Shown: positions 1 through 9,975, counted from the first letter of the stretch. The stretch: DNA of 64,000 bases from an uncultured delta proteobacterium (GCA_963775425.1 CAVZJB010000011.1:128001-192000); one strand, 5' to 3'. Notes: generated by a model not told the origin, from the letters alone. Program-made: numbers and translations.

Positions 1-1015
1 TGATCCTTGCCGAGGCGGCGCGGGCGGTCGCTCCACGAATTGGTGCGCTCGACGACCCATCGCTTGCGCAGCACCTGGAAGACCGGCACGGGCTTGAAGA
101 GCGCGAGCTGCGGACCCTGCCACGCTCGGCGCTTTGACATTCGCGGCACCACTTCGACATCGACGCCGGGAAAGCGCTTCTCGAGCCGCTTCTCGCACTT
201 ACCCGAGTAGCCCATGTCGACGTAGACCTTCTTGAGCGTCGGGTGCTTCTTTACGCCGCGTGCAACAACCTCGTCAGCGGCGTCGCGGTCCTGGATGTTC
301 GCAGGCAGAACCGCGACGGTGAGCAACAACCCGAGCGTGTCTGTCAGGAGATGGCGCTTGCGACCTTTGATCTTCTTAGCGCCATCGTAACCATGGGCCC
401 CCCTTTTTCCGCCGTCCGCACCGACTGGCTGTCGAGAACGGAGGCGGTCGGCGCTTCGTCGCGTCCTTCGCGTTCGCGCCATAAGTCTCGCAGCTCGTCG
501 TTCATCTTCTCGAACAGCCGCTCGTCGGACCAACGACGGAACGTCGCGTAGACGTTCTGCCACGGCGGGAACTCGCGCGGCAGCATCCGCCAGGCGCACC
601 CGGAACGAACCGCGTAGCAGATCGCATCGAACACGAGGCGTCTCGGGTATTTCTCCGGACGCCCCACCCCTGACTTCTCGAAGAGATGCCGCACGAGCTC
701 CCACTCGACGTCGGTGGTGCTCGACGGATAGTGGCCGTCGGAGGCGCGCCTGTGCGCCTGGGTGTAGCCGTAGCGCTTCGCCGGCGGCGTCGACGGCGCG
801 TTCTCCGTGCGCACAAGCTTCAGCCCGAGTCGCTTGAGCGCCACGTTGATCGTGTCGTGGCTGACGCGGCGACGTTTCCGCGCCCGCATCTTCTCGGCGA
901 GCTCGTACGTCGACAAACGCGGCTCGGCATTCAACGTGTCGACGAGGAACCGATCATCGTCGGCGTCGAGAATTGGAGGACGTCCGGGACCGCGACCACT
1001 GGGAATGCGCGCCAT
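1..1015 (-). CDS. IS5-family transposase, two ORFs joined by a -1 frameshift at AAAAAGGGGGG (408-398); 3' end outside the window
   Basis: ORF1 carries YPSS..D.EW, GCAWRMLP.EFPPWQNVY..FRRW and LDSQSV. The -1 frame continues GYDGAKKIKGRKRHLLTDTLG, VYVDMGYSG and RWVVERTNSW. Confidence 0.88.
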
Positions 1016-1058
1016 GACCTCGACATAGCAGGCGGACAGTTACTTTGTAAACACCTTC
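1..1058 (-). mobile_element. IS5-family insertion sequence (IS1031-like), truncated by the window edge
   Basis: Two-frame DDE transposase. Candidate terminal IR GAAGGTGTTTACAAAGT (minus strand, 1058-1042) is preceded by a TCA trinucleotide, consistent with a TNA target. Confidence 0.85.
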
Positions 1059-1513
1059 TGAAAGGCTGACGAAAAACAAGGCTCGTAGCAGCACTCGGCG
1101 AAGCCGCCCACAAGGTGGCTCGCCGCGCGGAGTACGTGGCGAGGCACGTCGATCGCTCATCAGCCCGCGAACGTCGTACAGGGTTCGTGCGGGTCGTGTG
1201 CGCGCCGACGTGCCTCGATGCGATGTCGGCGCGGACTTCAGGCGGTGAGCTTCGCGAGGTTCTGCAGCAGGTTGAAGGCCACGGCTGCCATCAGGGCGAC
1301 CGTCGTCACCTTCGCTAGCCCCCGTACGTAGAGCCCGTGTACTGATCCAGCCGTGGATCAGGCTTCTGGTGCTTGCGGCGATCGCCGGCCCCGCGCGGCC
1401 GCGCTTGAGCTTCACCATGCAAGGTGGATCAGCTCGAGCCGCACTTTTGGCGCGCAAATCTCGGTGAGTTGCGAGTGCTTGGGCGCTCGGATCAGCGAAG
1501 GCTAGACGACGTC

Positions 1514-1619
1514 GCCACCGCCGGAGCGGAAAGGAGCGGAGAGCTCGGCGCCCCGGCGCTCAACTCGGCGCGCGTCTTCGTCGCCGAGCTCGGAGCTCCT
1601 TTCCGCTCCGCCGTGTGGC
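1514..1619. repeat. Long intergenic inverted repeat (hairpin)
   Basis: 1522-1537 pairs perfectly with 1595-1610 (16 bp). After a GGA/GGA internal loop, 1541-1550 pairs with 1582-1591 (10 bp). Confidence 0.85.
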
Positions 1620-1958
1620 CGTAGCACCGTCCCCTTCCGGGTGGCTCGGATCAACGGTCCATCGGGCCAGCCCTCGTCGCCACTCGCGGCGCTCTCGATG
1701 ACGCGGATCCACGCGTCGACGCCCCGGGCGCGCACGCGTCCGAGCAGGCCGTCCCGCGCGCCTTGCCGATGGCGTCACCCCTGGAGCTCAGCGGCGTTAC
1801 GACATTCTCGGCGGGACGGCGTTTTTCGCTGACGACGACGTCGTGCCCCGCCGCGAATGTCTACGCCGCGCGCCTTCGGCTCCTCCCGGCGCCGGGCCTC
1901 TCCGCGTAGCCGAGCTTCGTCGACGACACCGAGCTCGCCGCCCCGTCGCCGATGGGGC

Positions 1959-3326
1959 TCAAGGCGCGAACGCGAGCTCCAGGGCCTCGTCGAGGGACTT
2001 CACGCGTAAGACGGTGAGGCCCTCGGGGGCGCGAACGCCGTCGGTGCCGGTGGCGGGGACGAGGGCGCGGGTGAAGCCGAGCCGCGCGATCTCCTCGAGG
2101 CGGTTCTCCACGCGGGCGACGCCGCGGATCTCCCCGGACAGGCCGATCTCGCCGAAGCAGGCGAGCTCCGGATCCAGCGGGGCGCACTTCAGCGACGACG
2201 CCACCGCCAGCGCCACCGGCAGGTCGGCGGCGGGCTCGTCGAGGACGGCGCCGCCGGCGACGTTCACGAACAGATCCTGTCCGAGCAGCGACAGCCCCGC
2301 GCGCCGCTCCAGGACGGCGGCGAGCATGGCCACGCGCACCTGATCGATGCCGGTGGTGGTGCGCCGCGGGTTGCCGAAGGGCGTGGCCACGCACAGCGCC
2401 TGCACCTCGACGAGCAGCGGGCGGGTGCCCTCGATGGTGGCGGCGACGGCGGAGCCCGGCCGCCCCTTGGGGCGCTCGGCGAGAAACAGCGCCGAGGGGT
2501 TGTCCACCGGGACGAGCCCCTCGCCGCGCATCTCGAACACCGCGATCTCGTGGGTGCTCCCGAAGCGGTTCTTGGTGGCGCGCAGCACGCGATGCGGCCC
2601 CGCGCGCGTGGGCTCGAAGGAGAGCACGGCGTCCACCATGTGCTCGAGCGTCTTTGGTCCCGCCAGCGCGCCGTCCTTGGTGACGTGACCGACGAGCAGC
2701 GTGGAGATGCCCCAACTCTTGGCGACCTGCATGGCCTTGTGGGTGACCTCGCGGACCTGCGACACCGACCCCGGCGCCGAGTCGAGCTCCGGCGACGAGA
2801 TGGTCTGCACCGAGTCCAGGATCAGCACGACGGGCTTGTGCGCCTTGACCTCGTCGAGGACGGCGAACAGGTCCGTCTCCGCGAGCAGGAAGATGTCCTC
2901 GTTGAGCGCCCCGAGCCGCTCGGCGCGCATGCGTGTCTGCGCCGTGGACTCCTCGGCGCTCACGTAGAGCGTGCGCGCGCCCTGCTGCGCCAGCCGCTTG
3001 GCGGCCTCGAGGAGCAGCGTGCTCTTGCCGACACCGGGCTCGCCCCCGATGAGGACGAGGGAGCCGGGCACGAGGCCGCCGCCGAGGACGCGGTCGAGGT
3101 CGCCGAGCCCCAGGCGAACCCGCGGCACGTTCTCGCTGACGACCTCGGTGATGCGCACGGCCTTGCTCGCGGGCCGCTCGCCGCGCGCCGCCGACGCCCC
3201 CGACGACTTGCGCGCCCGCTCCTCGACGAAGCTCGACCACGCGCCGCACTGCGTGCAGCGCCCCGTCCACTTGCGCTCGACGTGCCCACACACCTGGCAG
3301 GCGAAGATGGTGGCGTCACGGCTCAT
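1959..3326 (-). CDS. radA: DNA repair protein RadA/Sms
   Basis: N-terminal C4 zinc finger (CQVC..CTQC), Walker A GEPGVGKST, KNRFG motif, Lon-like C-terminus (GEIGLSGEIR). Confidence 0.97.
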   Translation of the reverse strand: MSRDATIFACQVCGHVERKWTGRCTQCGAWSSFVEERARKSSGASAARGERPASKAVRITEVVSENVPRVRLGLGDLDRVLGGGLVPGSLVLIGGEPGVGKSTLLLEAAKRLAQQGARTLYVSAEESTAQTRMRAERLGALNEDIFLLAETDLFAVLDEVKAHKPVVLILDSVQTISSPELDSAPGSVSQVREVTHKAMQVAKSWGISTLLVGHVTKDGALAGPKTLEHMVDAVLSFEPTRAGPHRVLRATKNRFGSTHEIAVFEMRGEGLVPVDNPSALFLAERPKGRPGSAVAATIEGTRPLLVEVQALCVATPFGNPRRTTTGIDQVRVAMLAAVLERRAGLSLLGQDLFVNVAGGAVLDEPAADLPVALAVASSLKCAPLDPELACFGEIGLSGEIRGVARVENRLEEIARLGFTRALVPATGTDGVRAPEGLTVLRVKSLDEALELAFAP

Positions 3327-3415
3327 ACGAGGACATCCGCGCGACCCCGCCGCAATTTGCGCACCCGCCGGCGGATCTCATCGCGACAGGTCGGGCGGGG
3401 ACGCGTGCGCGCCGC

Positions 3416-3898
3416 TCAATGGCTGTGGGCGCCGGGGCCGTGGATGTGGCCGTGCTTCATCTCGTCGGCGGTGGCCTCGCGGACGTCGTTCACGGTGACC
3501 TCGAAGGTCAGCGTCTTTCCCGCGAGCTCGTGGTTGAAGTCGAGCGTGATGGTCTTGCCGTCCATCTCGGTGATGCGCGCGGGGACCTCGGTGCCGTCGG
3601 GCGCGGTGGCGACGATGTGGTCGCCGACGTCGTACTTGCCCTGGGGGAACTGGGACTTGGGCACGGCGTGCACGCGGCTCTTGTCGTACGTCCCGTAGCC
3701 GTCCTCGGGCGAGACCACGCACTTCTTCTGCGCGCCCTTCTCGAGGCCCTCGAGCTGCGCCTCGAGGCCGGGGATGATGTTGCCGGCGCCGTGGAGGTAC
3801 CACAGGGGCTCGCCCTTTTCGGAGAAGTCCACGACCGTGCCGTCGTCGATGGTGAGCTTGTAGTCGAGCGCAACGGCGCACTTCTTCGCGACTTGCAT
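3416..3898 (-). CDS. slyD: FKBP-type peptidyl-prolyl isomerase SlyD
   Basis: YLHGAGNIIPGLE, DFNHELAGKTLTFEV, His-rich tail HGHIHGPGAHSH; start taken at MQVAKK. Confidence 0.93.
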   Translation of the reverse strand: MQVAKKCAVALDYKLTIDDGTVVDFSEKGEPLWYLHGAGNIIPGLEAQLEGLEKGAQKKCVVSPEDGYGTYDKSRVHAVPKSQFPQGKYDVGDHIVATAPDGTEVPARITEMDGKTITLDFNHELAGKTLTFEVTVNDVREATADEMKHGHIHGPGAHSH

Positions 3899-3978
3899 GG
3901 GAGCTCCTTGTCCGCTCGGGGTACGGAATCGCCCTCGCCCGGTCAACCCAGCGAGCGCGGCGTTTGTCGGCGCGGCGC

Positions 3979-4521
3979 TCAAAACAGCAGGAGCCGCGTG
4001 AACCACGCCGCGGCGAGGAGCCCCGCGAGGTCGCCGATGAGCCCCGCCCACAGCGCGTGCCGGATGCGCTCGATGCCGACGGAGCCGAAGTAGACGGCGA
4101 GGATGTAGAAGGTGGTGTCGGCGGCCCCCGACATCACCGCCGCCGTCGTGGCCGGGACGCTGTCGGCGCCGTGCGTCTTCATGAGCTCCACCATCACGCC
4201 GTCGGCGCCGCTGCCCGACAGCGGACGCACGAGCATCATCGGCAGGGTCTCCGCGGGGACGCCGATGAACGACAGCGCCGGGCCGAGCGCGTGCGCGAGC
4301 AGGTCGAGGAGGCCGGCGCCGCGCACCATGCCGACCGCGACGAGGACGGCGACGAGGTACGGGATGATCCGCACCGCGGTCTCGAAGCCCTCCTTGGCGC
4401 CCTCGACGAAGACCTCGTACACCTTCACCTTGCGCACCGCGCCGGCGACGACGATCACCACGATGACGACGGGGATGGCCCAGTCGGCGACGACGTCGGC
4501 GACCGAGCGCAGGACGTTCAC
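3979..4521 (-). CDS. SpmB-like (nucleoside recognition/gate domain) membrane protein
   Basis: VYEVFVEGAKEG, RPLSGSGA and DTTFYILAVYFGSVGI motifs; the GTG start overlaps the upstream stop (GTGA). Confidence 0.88.
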   Translation of the reverse strand: MNVLRSVADVVADWAIPVVIVVIVVAGAVRKVKVYEVFVEGAKEGFETAVRIIPYLVAVLVAVGMVRGAGLLDLLAHALGPALSFIGVPAETLPMMLVRPLSGSGADGVMVELMKTHGADSVPATTAAVMSGAADTTFYILAVYFGSVGIERIRHALWAGLIGDLAGLLAAAWFTRLLLF

Positions 4522-5222
4522 GGCGCCCCCGCGGCGTCGTCGTCGTCGCCCGCGGGCGCCGCGGCCGCCGGCGCCGGCGCGGCGGCCTCGGGGGCGGGCG
4601 CGCCGGGCAGGGGGTAGCGACGCTGCAGCAGGCGCGCGGCGACGAAGGCGACGATCATGCCGCAGCCGGTGGCCAGGATGGTCGGCAGCACGATGTTCGT
4701 CGCGGCGGAGCTCCCGTTGGCCAGGCGCAGCGCGATGGTCCGCGCGGGGATGAGCGTGATGTGCGTGGTGTTCAGGGCGAGGAAGAGCACCATGGCGTTG
4801 GTCGCCGTCTTCTTCTCCGGGTTCAGCTCCTGCAGGCGCTTCATGGCCTCGAGGCCGAGCGGCGTGGCGGCGTTGCCGAGCCCGAGCAGGTTCGCGGACA
4901 TGTTCATGACGATGGCGCCCATGGCCGGGTGCTCCGGCGGCACGTCGGGGAACAGCCGGACCAGGACCGGCCGCAGGACGCGCGCGAGGAGCGCCACCAG
5001 CCCGGCCCTCTCGGCGACGCGCATGAGGCCCATCCACAGCGCGAGCACGCCGACGAGGCTGAGGGCGAGCTTGGCCGCGTCGGACGCCGAATCGAGCGCC
5101 TTCTGCGTCACCCCCTTCATGGCGCCGCCCTCGATCGCCTGGGGGAACAACGACGGCCAGACGTCATGCAGGCCCGCCGCGAGCACGGCTGCGCAGAGCA
5201 ACGCGACGAAGACGCGGTTCAT
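4518..5222 (-). CDS. SpmA-like (nucleoside recognition domain) membrane protein
   Basis: LFPDVPPEHPAMG, NMSANLLGLGNAATPLGLEAM and MVLFLALNT motifs. Confidence 0.9.
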   Translation of the reverse strand: MNRVFVALLCAAVLAAGLHDVWPSLFPQAIEGGAMKGVTQKALDSASDAAKLALSLVGVLALWMGLMRVAERAGLVALLARVLRPVLVRLFPDVPPEHPAMGAIVMNMSANLLGLGNAATPLGLEAMKRLQELNPEKKTATNAMVLFLALNTTHITLIPARTIALRLANGSSAATNIVLPTILATGCGMIVAFVAARLLQRRYPLPGAPAPEAAAPAPAAAAPAGDDDDAAGAP

Positions 5223-5293
5223 ACCGGCGCGATCGTAGGCAGTCTCAAGCGCGCTCTCGAGTTTTTGGCCGGTCCACAGTACGTTCGGCCTCC

Positions 5294-6118
5294 ATGAAAG
5301 CCCGCCTCGCCACCGCGGCCTTCTTCGTCGTCATCGGCATCCTGCTGCCGGTGGTGGCGGTGGCCAAGCGCGGCCCGCCCTGGGGCTTCCGCGGTCACGA
5401 CGCGGTCCTCCTCGAGGCCACCGGCGACGTCGAGATCATGGCCTCGGAGCAGCGCCGCCAGCGCGAGAAGCGGGAGGACGCCGCCCTCGAGCCCAAGGCC
5501 GGCCTGTTCCTCGACGCCGGCGACGAGGTGCGCGTGTCCCGCTACGGGCAGGCCCGGCTGCGCACCCCCACCGCCGACCTCGTCGTCGGCGACGCGGCGG
5601 ACGTGGTCCTCGGCGACAAGGACGTCACCATCACCCGCGGCATCGTCGACGTGCGCCTGCCGGGCGGCACCACGCCGTTCGAGGTGAAGGCCGCGGGCGT
5701 CGCGGGCAAGCTGACGCTCCGCCCGGGCGGCGGCGAGGGCGGCGCCGTGCGCGTGCTCGTCGACGGCTCCGGCGCGCTGCGCGCGCTGGTGCAGAGCGGC
5801 TCCTGCGAGGGGACGGCGCCGGGCGGCGACGAGATCGCCGAGAGCGGCCGCGTCGTCGTCGTCGGGCCGGACAAGAAGCCGCGCGTGGAGGCGAAGCCCA
5901 CGGCGCTGGCGCTGACCCCCCGCTGCGACGGCAAGAAGCTCACCGTCGACGTCCCCGCCGGCGCGCAGGTGTTCGTGGGCGCCAAGGTGAGGTACCCGAA
6001 GGACGGCCAGGTCGTCGTCGACGTCGCGGGCGGCAAGGTCCCGGTGTTCGCCCGCGACCTCGCCGGGGACACCGCGCGCGTCGAGGCCGACTGCACCCAC
6101 GCGACGAAGACGAAGTAG
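5294..6118 (+). CDS. Exported protein, possible FecR-like beta-rich domain
   Basis: Signal peptide/TM; G.V...L..GD.VRV...GQARL pattern resembles FecR; host-like codon usage. Confidence 0.6.
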   Translation: MKARLATAAFFVVIGILLPVVAVAKRGPPWGFRGHDAVLLEATGDVEIMASEQRRQREKREDAALEPKAGLFLDAGDEVRVSRYGQARLRTPTADLVVGDAADVVLGDKDVTITRGIVDVRLPGGTTPFEVKAAGVAGKLTLRPGGGEGGAVRVLVDGSGALRALVQSGSCEGTAPGGDEIAESGRVVVVGPDKKPRVEAKPTALALTPRCDGKKLTVDVPAGAQVFVGAKVRYPKDGQVVVDVAGGKVPVFARDLAGDTARVEADCTHATKTK

Positions 6119-6120
6119 CC

Positions 6121-6744
6121 GTGGCCAAGAAAGACCGGTTCGTCCCCAAGGGGAACGCCCGCTACGACCGCCACGATCACTACTTCAAGAAGGCCCGCAA
6201 GGAGGGCTTCGCGGCGCGCTCCGTCTACAAGCTCGAGGAGATCGACCACGAGATGCACCTGATCGCGCCCAAGGACCGCGTCCTCGACCTGGGCTCCGCG
6301 CCCGGCTCGTGGCTGCAGTACGTCGACGACAAGCTGAAGACGGGGACGGCGCTCGGCATCGATCTGTTGCCGGTGAAGGCGGGGCTGTCGGGGAAGGTGG
6401 AGGTCCTCGTGGGCGACGTCTACGAGACCCCGCTCGAGGAGCGCGGGCCCTTCGACGTGGTGCTGTCGGACATGGCGCCGAACACCACGGGCATCCGCAC
6501 CGTCGACCAGGCGCGGAGCCTGGCCCTGTGCGAGCGCGCCCTCGAGATCGCCGAGCAGGCGCTCGCCCCTGGCGGGAACATGTGCGTGAAGATCCTCGAG
6601 GGCGGGGACATGAAGAGCTACCTCGAGGCGTGCAAGAAGGTCTTCGAGACGGTGAAGGTGAGGCGGCCGAAGAGCACGCGGGCGGGGTCCACGGAGACGT
6701 ACGTGATCGGGCTCGACAAGCGCCCGCGGCGCGTGCGCCCGTAG
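6121..6744 (+). CDS. rlmE: 23S rRNA (uridine-2'-O)-methyltransferase RlmE/FtsJ
   Basis: D.YFKKARKEG..ARSVYKLEEI, VLDLGSAPGSW, VLSDMAPNTTG and ETY motifs. Confidence 0.95.
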   Translation: MAKKDRFVPKGNARYDRHDHYFKKARKEGFAARSVYKLEEIDHEMHLIAPKDRVLDLGSAPGSWLQYVDDKLKTGTALGIDLLPVKAGLSGKVEVLVGDVYETPLEERGPFDVVLSDMAPNTTGIRTVDQARSLALCERALEIAEQALAPGGNMCVKILEGGDMKSYLEACKKVFETVKVRRPKSTRAGSTETYVIGLDKRPRRVRP

Positions 6745-6775
6745 AGCGGCCGCGCTCGCCGCGCTAGCGTCGGGC

Positions 6776-7141
6776 ATGCTCTACGCCGGCCTGCCCATCC
6801 TGGTCCTCGGCCTCATCATGATGTTGCGGGGGTGGATCTACACCCTGAGGCCCAACGGCCGGATCGCCGAGCGCCGCAAGCGCCGCAACCTCAAGGTCGG
6901 CTTCACCACGGACATGAAGCTCTTCGGCAGGAAGATCCGCCGGCTCGGCCTGATGATCGCGCTGGCCGGCGGGGGGCTCGTCGGCTGGCATCTGTCGCGG
7001 GGCCACGACGTCCCGGTTGCCCCGTCGGCGCCGGCCCCGTCGGCCCCGTCGGCCCCGTCGGCCCCGGCCCCGTCGGCGCCCTCCGCGGCGGCGGCCCCGG
7101 CGGCGACACCTGTGCCGGCCCCCGGAACGCCCGCGCCGTGA
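6776..7141 (+). CDS. Small two-TM membrane protein with a Pro/Ser/Ala-rich tail
   Basis: Two hydrophobic helices flanking a basic loop; (APS)n tail. Confidence 0.7.
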   Translation: MLYAGLPILVLGLIMMLRGWIYTLRPNGRIAERRKRRNLKVGFTTDMKLFGRKIRRLGLMIALAGGGLVGWHLSRGHDVPVAPSAPAPSAPSAPSAPAPSAPSAAAAPAATPVPAPGTPAP

Positions 7142-7172
7142 AGCGAGATCCCCTCGAAGCCGCGGCGGCCTC

Positions 7173-7201
7173 TTGACCTCTCACCGGCTCGCGTGCACAG
7201 T
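7173..7201 (+). promoter_or_regulatory. Sigma70-type promoter of tRNA-Phe
   Basis: TTGACC-17 nt-CACAGT just upstream of the tRNA. Confidence 0.55.
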
Positions 7202-7210
7202 CCGCGGCGC

Positions 7211-7286
7211 GCCCAGATAGCTCAGCTGGTAGAGCAGTGGACTGAAAATCCGCGTGTCGCTGGTTCGATTCCGGCTCTGGGCACCA
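7211..7286 (+). tRNA. tRNA-Phe (GAA)
   Basis: Cloverleaf GCCCAGA...TCTGGGC-A-CCA, anticodon loop CTGAAAA, T-loop GGTTCGATTCC. Confidence 0.97.
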
Positions 7287-7296
7287 ACAAGACTCA

Positions 7297-7331
7297 AGGA
7301 CGCCGCGGGTTCACGCCTGCGGCGTTCTTTT
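7297..7331 (+). terminator. Rho-independent terminator after tRNA-Phe
   Basis: GACGCCGCGGG...CCTGCGGCGTTC hairpin followed by TTTT. Confidence 0.75.
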
Positions 7332-7389
7332 GTGGGACCGAGGTGTCGATCCGCGGTGGGCTCGTTCGTCGTCAGCCAAGGAGGACGCG

Positions 7390-8130
7390 ATGCGATTCAT
7401 GGTGATGCACAAGCACGACAAATCCACCGAAGCGGGCGGGCGGCCGAGCCCGGAGTTCATCGGGAAGATGGGAGCGCTCATCGGGGAGCTCATCGAGTCC
7501 GGCGTGTTCGAGGACGGCGCCGGGCTGGGAAGGAGCGCGACGCGCACCCGGCTCACGTTCAAGGGCGGTGAGCGCACGCTGCTCGAGGGACCCTACGCGG
7601 GCTCCGACAACGAGCTCGTCGCCGCGTTCCAGCAGATCACCGTGACGTCGCGCGCCGAAGCCGTCGAGTGGGCTTCCCGGCTCGGCCGCGTCCTCGGCGA
7701 CGCCGAGATCGAGGTCGGGAAGACCACCGAAGAGTGGGACCTCGGTCTCGCGCCGGAGCCGCCGAACGCGCCGCAGCATTACCTCGTGCTCCAGAAGGCG
7801 ACGAAGGCGTCCGAGGCCGGTGAGGCGCCGAGCGCCGCAGTGCGCGACGCCGTCGACCGCGTGCAGAAGGAGATGGCGGACGCCGGCGTGCTCACGAGCG
7901 CCGCGGCGCTCACGCCCTCGTCGCGCGCGACCCGCATCCACATGAACCGCGCGGGCAGGAGGGACGTCATCGATGGGCCGTTCGCGGAGTCGAAGGAGCT
8001 CATCGGCGGCTTCGCGATCCTCGATCTGCCGTCGAAGGACGCGGTGCTCGACTTCGCGTGGCGCTATGGCGGTCTCATGCTCGAGAGCGTCGAGACGCTC
8101 GAGATGGACATCCGCCCGGTCCGCGAGTAG
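7390..8130 (+). CDS. YciI/DGPF-domain protein (two tandem domains)
   Basis: EGPYAG and DGPFAESKELIGGF motifs; GGAGG SD upstream of MRFMVM. Confidence 0.88.
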   Translation: MRFMVMHKHDKSTEAGGRPSPEFIGKMGALIGELIESGVFEDGAGLGRSATRTRLTFKGGERTLLEGPYAGSDNELVAAFQQITVTSRAEAVEWASRLGRVLGDAEIEVGKTTEEWDLGLAPEPPNAPQHYLVLQKATKASEAGEAPSAAVRDAVDRVQKEMADAGVLTSAAALTPSSRATRIHMNRAGRRDVIDGPFAESKELIGGFAILDLPSKDAVLDFAWRYGGLMLESVETLEMDIRPVRE

Positions 8131-8424
8131 CGGCGCTCGCGGCGCCGCGCGCCCACCGGCGCGGCGCCGTCGGCGATTCCATCGTCACGTTCACGCCGGG
8201 CGCCGCCTTCGCCTGGCCGGCGCTCGGACGCGGGCGCGGAGGGCGGCGCTGCCCTGTCCTCGCTCGATCCGCGTCGTCGCCGGCCTCGCGCTCGCCGCCG
8301 TCGCGTCGTCGTGCACGCCGGTCCCGCTCGCGCTCACGCACCGCGCGACCGGCGCCGTCGTGGCGAGCACGCAGGCGTCGGGCACAATCGTCACCCTCCC
8401 CGTCACCGTCACCGTCGGATCTCG

Positions 8425-8821
8425 GTGAGCGCAGAGGAGCGGGGGCTGCGCGACGAGTCCGTCCTCGCGCGCGAGGGGTTCGCGCTCCCGCCGCCCCTCT
8501 TCGCCGCCGGGACGCGGGTCACCGAGGTCGGGGACAAGAACTTCCGCCTCGAGCGCGAGCGCGTCGAGGCGCCTCAAGGTGGTCCCCGAGGAGCTGTTCG
8601 CGGCGTGGGTGGACGAGGGCACGGTGGTCGTGCCGGGCGAGCGCGACGACAAGGTCGTCGTCTCCGCGCTCGTCGACGCGTGGACGCAGGAACCCGGGGA
8701 CACGCTCGCCGACGCCGTGAACGCGCTCACGCGCGCGGCGCACGTCGTCCCGGCGTGGAGCCTCTCGGTGCGCGAGGAGCTCGAGCGCGCGGCCGGGGAG
8801 ATCGTGATGGCGGTTCGGTAG
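8425..8821 (+). pseudogene. Hypothetical protein with a +1 frameshift near 8572 (pseudogene or sequencing error)
   Basis: Host-like coding frame ...ERVEA continues as LKVVPEELF... if one C of CC at 8572-8573 is removed. Confidence 0.45.
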
Positions 8822-8901
8822 CCGCCTGCCGGACCAACGCACGGTCCGGCATTTTCTTTGAGTTGAGCGAGGTCTGCTGAGGTCGTCCTCGAGCACGACC
8901 T

Positions 8902-9645
8902 TCAGCGTCGCTTCGGCCCGCGCGCCATACAGATGGCCAGGTATCGCTGGATCACGTCGGCGAGACCTGTATCGATGCTTTCAACCACCAGCGCGTGTCC
9001 TATGGATACTTCGAGGATGCCTGGAATCGTCAGGAATCGACCCAGGTTGTCGAGATTGAGATCATGGCCGGCGTTGACCCCGAGGCCGACCGCCTGTGCC
9101 CGTTGCGCTGATTCATGGAATGCATCCAGCAGAGGCTGTTCCCGTCCGGCCTCGAAGGCGTTGGCGTAGGGCTCGGTATACAACTCGACGCGATCGGCCC
9201 CCAGATCGCGGATGGACTCCAGCTCGTTGGTGTCGTGGTCCACGAACAGGCTCACCCGGATGCCGCGGTCCCGAAGGGACCCGATCACACGTCGAAGAAG
9301 CGCACGGTGGTCCACCACCTTCCAGCCGTGGTCCGAGGTGATCTGTCCGGGGGAGTCCGGCACCAGTGTGCATTGCGCCGGCACTGTCTCGAGCACCACC
9401 TCGAGGAACTCGTCGCCCGGATAGCCCTCCACATTCAGCTCCACACCGCGGTCGTCACAGATCGACTTCAGCGTGGACACATCCGAGTACCGTGCGTGCC
9501 GTTGGTCTGGTCGTGGATGCAACGTGATGCCGTTCGCTCCGAAGTCGATGCACCGGTTCGCGAAATTGGCCACGCTCGGATAGTCACGTCCCCGAGCGTT
9601 GCGCAGGAGAGCGATTTTGTTGATGTTAACGGATAGGTTGGTCAT
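8902..9645 (-). CDS. pdxJ: Pyridoxine 5'-phosphate synthase
   Basis: LSVNINKIALLRNARG, ITLHPRPDQRH, NAGHDL and EVSIGHAL motifs. Confidence 0.95.
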   Translation of the reverse strand: MTNLSVNINKIALLRNARGRDYPSVANFANRCIDFGANGITLHPRPDQRHARYSDVSTLKSICDDRGVELNVEGYPGDEFLEVVLETVPAQCTLVPDSPGQITSDHGWKVVDHRALLRRVIGSLRDRGIRVSLFVDHDTNELESIRDLGADRVELYTEPYANAFEAGREQPLLDAFHESAQRAQAVGLGVNAGHDLNLDNLGRFLTIPGILEVSIGHALVVESIDTGLADVIQRYLAICMARGPKRR

Positions 9646-9849
9646 CGGATTCGTACTCGAGAGGCACGGTTTTATTGCAGATACAGGATGAAGTCCACCG
9701 GGTCCCGGCCGATGTCCGGACTGCGGCGCAGTCCGGTGCTCCCGCCCGCCGCCAGGACGAATTCGTGCTCTCCTTCGGGCCGTGTCATGAACAAGTCGAT
9801 CACGATCGGAGGTCGATCCCCGATTTCGGCGCCGACGCGATCGACTTGT

Positions 9850-9975
9850 TCATGAGGCACTGCTGCGTGGATGAATCACGTAGTTCCAGTTGCCGTGAAA
9901 TGCATTTCGCTCGATTCGGAGCGCGGCCATGACCTCGTCCGGTATCTCGACGCCGGTCGGATGCTCGATCTTGTT
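9850..9975 (-). mobile_element. Remnant C-terminus of an ISAzo13-family transposase
   Basis: HPTGVEIPDEVMAALRIERNAFHGNWNYVIHPR resembles the conserved ISAzo13 C-terminus (YPTG.K...FHG.WNY.I.P); the upstream part is missing. Confidence 0.7.

Noticed and set aside
1062-1950. Short ORFs between the IS and radA
   Set aside because: No recognisable motifs or consistent codon bias; likely non-coding or decayed.
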